Assembly: GCA_051880495.1 (NCBI GenBank)
Contig: JBJEOB010000051.1
Span: forward strand, 1,507 to 65,506
Origin: Lachnospiraceae bacterium
Lineage (GTDB): Bacteria > Bacillota > Clostridia > Lachnospirales > Lachnospiraceae
DNA length: 64,000 nt
Reading direction: 5' to 3'
Shown here: positions 57,858 to 64,000 of the stretch, piece by piece
Layout: each line of letters begins with the position of its first letter
Position numbering within the stretch: position 1 is the stretch's first letter
Translations under genes and position numbers: made by a program
Notes under the pieces: model-generated
What the model saw: only the letters and a program-made list of their open reading frames with translations
Databases searched by the model: none
What the model was told of the DNA's origin: nothing

Positions 57858-59117
57858 TTACTGTATCTGCGGGTATTTTGATGCATCATAGTTGTGCGAG
57901 TCATTATTTTTCTTGGAATATTCCATAAGCTGCGCATCAGTCCAATAGAAGAAGGTTGTTCCATCCTTTCTTCTCGTCGTATCAAAATGATACCATCCAT
58001 CCCCCAGATTAATCAGATTCCAATAATGTCTGTACGTCGTCGGAATCCTTTCTATATCCATATTCTCAATTCCTGCCGCAGTAAGAAGCGCCTTTGCAGA
58101 TGATGCATAAACATAGCAGTCACCCTTATGCTCGATAAGTCCTCTGTATGCGCCCTTTACCCAGCTATCCTTGTCAGAACTGTCAACATATTTTATGTTG
58201 GTATGACACCAGTCATAAATCGCCTTGGCAACATCATACTGTGTAACAGCACCCGATTTTGCCTTTATCGATTCAACAAGCTTGCCCGCCTCACTCATAA
58301 CGTATTCTTCCGTTGCATTATCGGCAGAAGGCTGTTCTACATGAAGAACGGTTGATACTCTTGTCTCATTTCCCGCGCCGTCAACTGCAATATATGTGAT
58401 AGGATAGTCACCCGGTTCATTCAGGTTAACCGAACTGTTATCTACAGTAAGCTCTACATCAGTATCATAATTGTCCGTTACCGTTACATCCCTCTTGTAT
58501 GATACACTGGTTCCTGCCGGGATGGTTATTTCCTTTACACCGGTTATTTCCGGCGGAATAAGGTCTGTTACAACTTCAGCACTGGCAACCACCTTTGTCT
58601 TATTACCGCCTTCATCCGTAACTGTAAGCTTAATTTCCTTATGCCCGGTAGTCGACATGTCAGGAACTTCATCATATTCAACGGTTGTGTCCGTGGCATC
58701 AACTATGCTCTCAATCAGCTCTGACGCATCTTCCAGACCTTCATTTATAAATAATGTCGCATTCTTTGCCGTAACAACCGGAGCAACCGTATCCACAACA
58801 TGCAGAATGGATGTGTATTCTTTTCCTCCTACCGAAATAACAACATTATAATCAGCAACATGATTCATGCTTGTATTTTCATCAAGTCCTGAAATCAATT
58901 CAACATCTTCATAACTTTTTTTCAAAAAATCACTGACCGTCGGAAGCTCACTTCCTGCTTCTACCGTCATCTTTTTTTTCACCTTGGATGATGTCAGCAA
59001 AAATGTTATTCCCCAAATAATTCCTGTAAGAACCAGAATCAAAATTATCCAGTTCCTTATCACCCTTCGGCGTCTTCTGGCCCTTCTCGCCCTTTTTCTT
59101 CTTTCTACACTGTCCAT
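57858..59117 (-). CDS. Membrane-anchored protein with Ig-like repeats and a C-terminal transglutaminase-like cysteine peptidase domain
   Basis: An Arg-rich N-terminus and TM anchor are present. The C-terminal region GDCYVYASSAKALL...HYWNLI...WYHFDTT carries a Cys-His-Asp transglutaminase-core pattern. Confidence 0.7.
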   Translation of the reverse strand: MDSVERRKRARRARRRRRVIRNWIILILVLTGIIWGITFLLTSSKVKKKMTVEAGSELPTVSDFLKKSYEDVELISGLDENTSMNHVADYNVVISVGGKEYTSILHVVDTVAPVVTAKNATLFINEGLEDASELIESIVDATDTTVEYDEVPDMSTTGHKEIKLTVTDEGGNKTKVVASAEVVTDLIPPEITGVKEITIPAGTSVSYKRDVTVTDNYDTDVELTVDNSSVNLNEPGDYPITYIAVDGAGNETRVSTVLHVEQPSADNATEEYVMSEAGKLVESIKAKSGAVTQYDVAKAIYDWCHTNIKYVDSSDKDSWVKGAYRGLIEHKGDCYVYASSAKALLTAAGIENMDIERIPTTYRHYWNLINLGDGWYHFDTTRRKDGTTFFYWTDAQLMEYSKKNNDSHNYDASKYPQIQ

Positions 59118-59197
59118 TTATTATTCTCCCCTGTACAAATGCTCAGTTTTATACAATTTTATATTATATCATTCCACTGTTTTAATTGCAAATAGTA

Positions 59198-59848
59198 TTA
59201 TAATCCAATCAGCCCAAGAAACTCGTCTGCCGCAGATACAATAACACCTGCCCCTTTTTGTTCAAGGAGCGCTCTTTCCCTGAATCCCCAGTCCACAATT
59301 ATCATATCCATGCCGGCATTATTGGCCGTCTCAATATCAACTTCAGAATCCCCGACATAAACCGCATCCTTTTTATCAATTCCCAGTTCATTTAGGATTT
59401 CAAAGACTGCATCCGGTGACGGTTTCTTATTAACCCCTTCTCTCGCACCATATGCTGCATCAAACATGTCGTTAAAATATTTATCACACAGTATTTTCAC
59501 TGCAAAATCTGCTTTGTTTGATAAAACCGCTATTTTGATTCCTGCATTTTTTAATTTTAACAGCATTTCCCTTATACCTTTATAAGGTCTTGTCTTATTG
59601 GCACAGTTTTTCCCATAATATTCCTTAAACTTCTCAAACACCATATCTGTTTTTTCTTTAGGTGTACCCATGGGAACGGCTCTTTCTATAAGCTTTCTTA
59701 TCCCGTTCCCGACAAATACCCTCACTTCATCAACAGTTCTTGCCGGAAAACCAACAACAGACAGTGCATAATTTACACTGTCTGATAAGTCGTCTAATGT
59801 ATCAAGAATTGTTCCGTCAAGGTCAAAAATAAATAATTTATACTTCAT
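59198..59848 (-). CDS. HAD-superfamily hydrolase (phosphoglycolate phosphatase-like)
   Basis: HAD motifs are FDLDGTILDT (I), VLSNK (II) and VGDSEVD (IV). Confidence 0.8.
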   Translation of the reverse strand: MKYKLFIFDLDGTILDTLDDLSDSVNYALSVVGFPARTVDEVRVFVGNGIRKLIERAVPMGTPKEKTDMVFEKFKEYYGKNCANKTRPYKGIREMLLKLKNAGIKIAVLSNKADFAVKILCDKYFNDMFDAAYGAREGVNKKPSPDAVFEILNELGIDKKDAVYVGDSEVDIETANNAGMDMIIVDWGFRERALLEQKGAGVIVSAADEFLGLIGL

Positions 59849-59872
59849 TTTTTCGCTCCATAACCTTCGCCT

Positions 59873-62062
59873 TTACAAATGCAATACCCTGTCCCTGATT
59901 TCCTGGGTTCTTCCCTGATTCCAGAACTGAGTTCCGATATAACCGCACGTTCTTCTCGCAACAAAAAGATTATTCTGGTCACGGTTACCGCAATTCGGGC
60001 ACTCCCACTGAAGTTTTCCTGCATCATCGGCTACAATCTTAATTTCGCCGTCAAAACCGCACTTCTCGCAGTAATCACTCTTAGTGTTTAATTCTGCGTA
60101 CAGAATATTTTCATAAATGTATTTCATTACTTCAAGAACTGCCTCAATGTTATTTTGAAGGTTAGGCACCTCAACATAACTGATTGCGCCGCCCGGAGAT
60201 AATTTCTGGAACTCGGATTCAAATTTTATCTTGCTGAATGCATCTATTTTTTCTGTCACATGAACATGATAGCTGTTAGTAATATAATTCTTATCCGTTA
60301 CACCCGGGATAATGCCAAATCTCTTCTGAAGGCACTTGGCAAATTTATATGTTGTTGATTCCATCGGTGTTCCGTACACTGAATAACTGATGTGCTCTGC
60401 TTCCTTCCACTGTGCACATTTATCATTAAGCTTCTGCATAACTGCAAGCGCAAATTCTTTTCCTTCAGGCGAAGTATGACTCTTTCCCAGCATTCGCACG
60501 CACATTTCGCATATGCCTACATAACCGAGCGATATTGTCGAATAACCGTCATACAAAAGCTTATCTATTTTTTCGCCTTTCTTAAGACGTGCCAGCGCAC
60601 CATGCTGCCAGAGGATAGGAGCGACATCCGAAGTCGTTCCGAGCAGTCTTTCGTGGCGGCATCTTAAAGCCCTGTGGCACAGCTCGAGTCTTTCCTCAAG
60701 TATCTCCCAGAACTTGTCCATATCACCATACGACGAACATGCAACATCAACCAGGTTAATCGTAACGACACCCTGATTAAATCTGCCATAGTATTTTCTC
60801 TTGCCATCCGGCATTCTCTGTCCGTCCTCAACCGTAAGAAATGAACGGCAGCCCATACACGGATATACATCACCTTTTTTAAGCTCACGCATCACTTTTG
60901 CAGAAATGTAGTCCGGAACCATGCGTTTTGCCGTACATTTTGCCGCAAGCTCAGTCAGATACCAGTATTTTGAATCAGGTGTGATATTATCCTCATCAAG
61001 GACATATATAAGTTTAGGGAACGCAGGCGTAATCCAGATACCCTTTTCATTTTTGACTCCCTTGGTTCTCTGAACAAGCACTTCCTCTATAATCATTGCA
61101 AGGTCATCCCTGGTCTGACCTTCCGGCACCTCATCAAGATACATAAACATCGTCACAAACGGTGCCTGTCCGTTACATGTCATTAGTGTTATAAGCTGAT
61201 ACTGAATCGTCTGTATTCCGCTCTTTACTTCTGCACGAAGCCTCTTTTCAGTTATCTTATCTATAATTGTATCATCGAGCGGTTCGCCACATTCTGTTCG
61301 CTCCTCAATTACCGAATTACGGATTTTCTGTCTGCTCACGTCCACAAACGGTGCCAGATGTGACAGCGTTATTGACTGTCCGCCATACTGGTTGCTTGCC
61401 ACCTGTGCAACTATCTGTGTTGTTACATTACATGCAGTAAAAAAACTATGTGGTTTATCAATCTGGGTCTCGCTGATTACCGTTCCGTTCTGAAGCATGT
61501 CTTCGAGGTCTACAAGATCGCAGTTATGCTCCTTCTGGGCAAAATAATCTGCATCATGAAAATGAATAAGTCCCTGTTCATGTGCTTCTACAATGTCAGC
61601 AGGAAGAAGCATCCTTTTTGTAAGATCCTTGCTTACCTCACCGGCCATGTAATCTCTCTGTGTCGAGTTGATGGCAGGATTCTTATTGGAATTTTCCTGA
61701 TTTACTTCTTCATTAATATTGTCAATAAGTGCAAGAATACCATTGTCTGTTGTGTTTGACTTACGGGCAAGTTCTCTCTTATAGCGGTAACGAACATACT
61801 TCTGGGCAACCTCATACCCACGCATCTCCATGATACCGGTTTCAACCATATCCTGAATATCTTCAACATGTACGGCGTGAGACATTGCTTCAATCTGTTT
61901 TGCAACATTTTCTGAAATTGCTTTAATCTGATACTCATTCATCCTGTGAATGTTGTCAACCTCATTATTAGCCGCTTCAATGGCATTGCTAATCTTTGAA
62001 AGGTCAAAAAGAACTTCTTCTCCATTTCTCTTAATAACATTTGTTTTAACTTCTGTATTCAT
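59873..62062 (-). CDS. nrdD: Anaerobic ribonucleoside-triphosphate reductase (class III)
   Basis: An N-terminal ATP-cone is present. The C-terminal Zn ribbon is CEKCG...CPNCG and the glycyl-radical motif is RRTCGYIG. Confidence 0.95.
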   Translation of the reverse strand: MNTEVKTNVIKRNGEEVLFDLSKISNAIEAANNEVDNIHRMNEYQIKAISENVAKQIEAMSHAVHVEDIQDMVETGIMEMRGYEVAQKYVRYRYKRELARKSNTTDNGILALIDNINEEVNQENSNKNPAINSTQRDYMAGEVSKDLTKRMLLPADIVEAHEQGLIHFHDADYFAQKEHNCDLVDLEDMLQNGTVISETQIDKPHSFFTACNVTTQIVAQVASNQYGGQSITLSHLAPFVDVSRQKIRNSVIEERTECGEPLDDTIIDKITEKRLRAEVKSGIQTIQYQLITLMTCNGQAPFVTMFMYLDEVPEGQTRDDLAMIIEEVLVQRTKGVKNEKGIWITPAFPKLIYVLDEDNITPDSKYWYLTELAAKCTAKRMVPDYISAKVMRELKKGDVYPCMGCRSFLTVEDGQRMPDGKRKYYGRFNQGVVTINLVDVACSSYGDMDKFWEILEERLELCHRALRCRHERLLGTTSDVAPILWQHGALARLKKGEKIDKLLYDGYSTISLGYVGICEMCVRMLGKSHTSPEGKEFALAVMQKLNDKCAQWKEAEHISYSVYGTPMESTTYKFAKCLQKRFGIIPGVTDKNYITNSYHVHVTEKIDAFSKIKFESEFQKLSPGGAISYVEVPNLQNNIEAVLEVMKYIYENILYAELNTKSDYCEKCGFDGEIKIVADDAGKLQWECPNCGNRDQNNLFVARRTCGYIGTQFWNQGRTQEIRDRVLHL

Positions 62063-62077
62063 TGCACATTCCCCACA

Positions 62078-62125
62078 TTACAATATTTTGTGTTGTTTTT
62101 TAATTACGAACACGATATCTTGTGT
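62078..62125. promoter_or_regulatory. Two NrdR-box-like palindromes upstream of nrdD
   Basis: TTACAATATTTTGTGT (62078-62093) and ACACGATATCTTGTGT (62110-62125) each match the ACACwATATwTwGTGT consensus at 14/16. Their centres are 32 bp apart. Confidence 0.6.
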
Positions 62126-62126
62126 T

Positions 62127-62154
62127 ATTATAATATATCTTTTATGTCATGTAA
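62127..62154 (-). promoter_or_regulatory. Candidate nrdD promoter TTACAT-N16-TATAAT
   Basis: On the minus strand the -35 is at 62154-62149 and the -10 at 62132-62127. The -10 abuts the distal NrdR box. Confidence 0.5.
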
Positions 62155-62179
62155 AGTGGATTTCAATATGTTTTTAATA

Positions 62180-62383
62180 AAAAAACAACATGGGGTGTCA
62201 AAAGCTCATTATCAAAGACCTGAATGGCAAAATGCACAAATAAAGTTGTTTAAATGACTTTTGCGCTGTGGAGATGAGATGCTCATCGGAACGATTAGCG
62301 CAACGGAATGCAAACAACTTTATTTGCGCATTTTGCCAGGTTATGAAGTTAAAATAAGCTTTTGACACCCCATGTTGTTTTTT
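62180..62383 (-). repeat. Palindromic repeat element, copy B (core 62229-62334) with a perfect 27-bp outer stem
   Basis: The outer arms (62180-62206 and 62357-62383) are perfectly complementary, in the form A6-CAACATGGGGTGTCAAAAGCT. The second stem is 62225-62251 with 62312-62338. The inner stems are TTGCGCT/AGCGCAA and GATGAG/CTCATC. Confidence 0.85.
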
Positions 62384-62384
62384 A

Positions 62385-63257
62385 TTAAATTCGCACCTTA
62401 CCGTAATGTACGAGTGCAAACATGTCCGGACCGGTATGTGCACCGATTATCGGACTCAGCATTGTGATTCTTACAGTAAGATTTGGATGAATTTCTAACA
62501 CCATTTCCTTTAACTTTTGTGCAAATTCTTTACAGTCTGCACAGCAGATATATACAACATCTCCAAGACTTTCATCAAAATTATCATTGAACTGGTCAAT
62601 AATAAACTTAAGTGCAAGCTTATCTCCCCTCTTCTTTGCGATTGTGTCCAGCTTTCCCGCACCATTAATTGTGAGTATAGGCTTTATATTAAGTGCCGTT
62701 CCCATAACCGCTGTTGCAGCCGAAATTCTTCCGCCACGCTTTAAATACATAAGGTCTTCGACTTTAAACCAATAATTAACCTTATTGGCATTTTCGCGAA
62801 GCCATGCTGCATTTTCAGAAAGACTCATTCCATTTTCACGATTAAGACATGCTGACTCTGTCAGAAGTCCCATTCCTCCGGTTGCCCCGAGACTGTCAAC
62901 GACCTCAATATTAACTTCACCATATGATTCTTTAAGATTCTCCACAGCCATAAGTGCTGACTCATAAGTATTGCTGAGACCACTTGACAGTGAAATATAA
63001 ATAATTGATTTTTTCTCCTTAACATATGGTTCAAAAACATCAATATAATGAAAAGGTGTTATCTGGCTTGTTCTTGTTGAGACCGTCTGCCTTAGCTTAT
63101 CGTAATAATTATGCATCATCTCGTCACTCTCAGGAGCCGTACAGTGAAATGTCTCATCCCCAAGCATATATTCCATAGGAACAAATTTCACATTATGTTC
63201 TCTGGCAAAATCCATATCAATATCTATCGATACATCTGCAAATATTTCGTAATCCAT
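62385..63257 (-). CDS. DegV-family fatty-acid-binding protein (paralog 2)
   Basis: DegV signatures are present (TSQITPFHY, LSSGLSN, VVDSLGAT, GGRISA, GAHTGPD). I take the start at ATG 63257 (MDYEIF). Confidence 0.85.
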   Translation of the reverse strand: MDYEIFADVSIDIDMDFAREHNVKFVPMEYMLGDETFHCTAPESDEMMHNYYDKLRQTVSTRTSQITPFHYIDVFEPYVKEKKSIIYISLSSGLSNTYESALMAVENLKESYGEVNIEVVDSLGATGGMGLLTESACLNRENGMSLSENAAWLRENANKVNYWFKVEDLMYLKRGGRISAATAVMGTALNIKPILTINGAGKLDTIAKKRGDKLALKFIIDQFNDNFDESLGDVVYICCADCKEFAQKLKEMVLEIHPNLTVRITMLSPIIGAHTGPDMFALVHYGKVRI

Positions 63258-63394
63258 TCTTTTACTTCCTTTCAAGGATATTTGTTGATTTATCCACATA
63301 TGAGTATTATACTTACAAATATATTTGAATACAATTACCAATAAAATCGTATTTATTGAATATTCAACAAATAATACAAAAATGGGGAATTAAT

Positions 63395-63970
63395 ATGGAC
63401 AGACGGATTGAAAAAACAAAGAATGCAATACAGGAAGCATATTTCAAATTATTAATGAATGGAAATAAGGATAAGATTTCAATTACACAGATTGCAAATG
63501 AAGCCAACATAGACCGTAAGACTTTCTATCTGCACTACACATGTGTTGAGGACATAATCAAGGAATTTGCATTAGACCGGATACAGGAACTTAAAGAACT
63601 GCTTGTTAAAGAAAATTTTTCCAAGGAATCATTCAGCGTACTGCGATTCTTTGAACTTCTGAACCAGATTGTTGAACGACACCTTGGAATTTTTCATTTT
63701 ATTTCAATTAATAAAACCTACGCTTTCTTTTTTGACCAGCTAAAGGAAATGTTAATAAACATCATAGCAGAAACCTATCAGGGTTATTTTGACTTTTCCG
63801 AAACAAAGCTCAGGATGTATGCCGACTTCTATATTGCCGGAATCATTTCCGTATATATCCGCTGGATAAGCAGCGGCTTCCCTATCACCATGACCGAGCT
63901 TGCCGAGCTTGTCAGCACTGCATCTTTCGGTGGTCTTAAGGGACTTATGGAAGGGCAGGTTGCCAGATAA
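63395..63970 (+). CDS. TetR-family transcriptional regulator, divergent from degV paralog 2
   Basis: The N-terminal TetR HTH is RRIEKTKNAIQEAYFKLLMNGNKDKISITQIANEANIDRKTFYLHY. The start ATG 63395 follows GGGGA. Confidence 0.8.
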   Translation: MDRRIEKTKNAIQEAYFKLLMNGNKDKISITQIANEANIDRKTFYLHYTCVEDIIKEFALDRIQELKELLVKENFSKESFSVLRFFELLNQIVERHLGIFHFISINKTYAFFFDQLKEMLINIIAETYQGYFDFSETKLRMYADFYIAGIISVYIRWISSGFPITMTELAELVSTASFGGLKGLMEGQVAR

Positions 63971-64000
63971 TTATCTTATACAGATATATACCATATATGC

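Noticed and set aside
57842-58000. The racemase ORF has an N-terminal extension (start at 58000) that overlaps the transglutaminase-like gene by 143 nt.
   Set aside because: The conserved racemase N-terminus MKKLGVIGGLGPMAT begins at ATG 57841 with its own RBS. The extension has no family similarity and would require a long gene overlap.
59845-60027. I considered whether a 60-aa ORF at the nrdD 3' end could be a missing small nrdG-like gene.
   Set aside because: It overlaps the nrdD C-terminal coding region out of frame. It has no CxxxCxxC radical-SAM motif and is far too short for an activase.

Overview
This 64-kb chromosomal segment looks like a low-GC Firmicutes/Clostridia genome; the gene content is Lachnospiraceae-like, but taxonomy is inferred, not tested. 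It holds about 58 protein genes, nearly all on the minus strand. I found no rRNA, tRNA, CRISPR array, integrase or transposase by eye. Positions 1-8398 form an AT-richer accessory patch. It contains XRE regulators, a 2H phosphoesterase, an EF-hand/EcsC-like protein, an HTH-fused MNT/HEPN toxin-antitoxin pair and a 32-bp tandem-repeat block. It also contains two decayed genes (an XRE gene with an in-frame stop and a 5'-truncated GNAT) and a two-gene orphan cassette. The rest is core metabolism and signalling: an AraC/GyrI regulator, a 7TMR-DISM hybrid kinase plus response regulator, TraX, a GlgX-like protein, potABCD, nadE, trpS and pckA. It continues with a very large propeller/HD-GYP sensor, two MCPs, citrate synthase, a rhomboid protease, a P-type ATPase and an orphan TRAP binding protein. 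The final third holds rhodanese-TtcA, cysK, cysE, tcdA, ddh, an MGT glycosyltransferase, two DegV paralogs, a dlt-like operon, nrdD and a TetR regulator. Five observations stand out. (1) A roughly 93%-identical rod-like palindromic element starts within about 15 nt of the stop codon of both diverged DegV paralogs, in the same relative orientation. (2) A 200-nt near-perfect hairpin sits exactly at the predicted transcription start of a small membrane-protein gene. (3) An Asp/Glu-racemase gene is fused into a rearranged dlt-like operon (A-C-B-D order) whose adenylation enzyme has a Lys in the specificity pocket. (4) An intact GlgX/isoamylase-like gene has every GH13 catalytic residue substituted and is translationally coupled to TraX. 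(5) An MCP is paired with an orphan TRAP binding protein. All calls rest on reading the sequence and ORF translations; no searches or computations were run.
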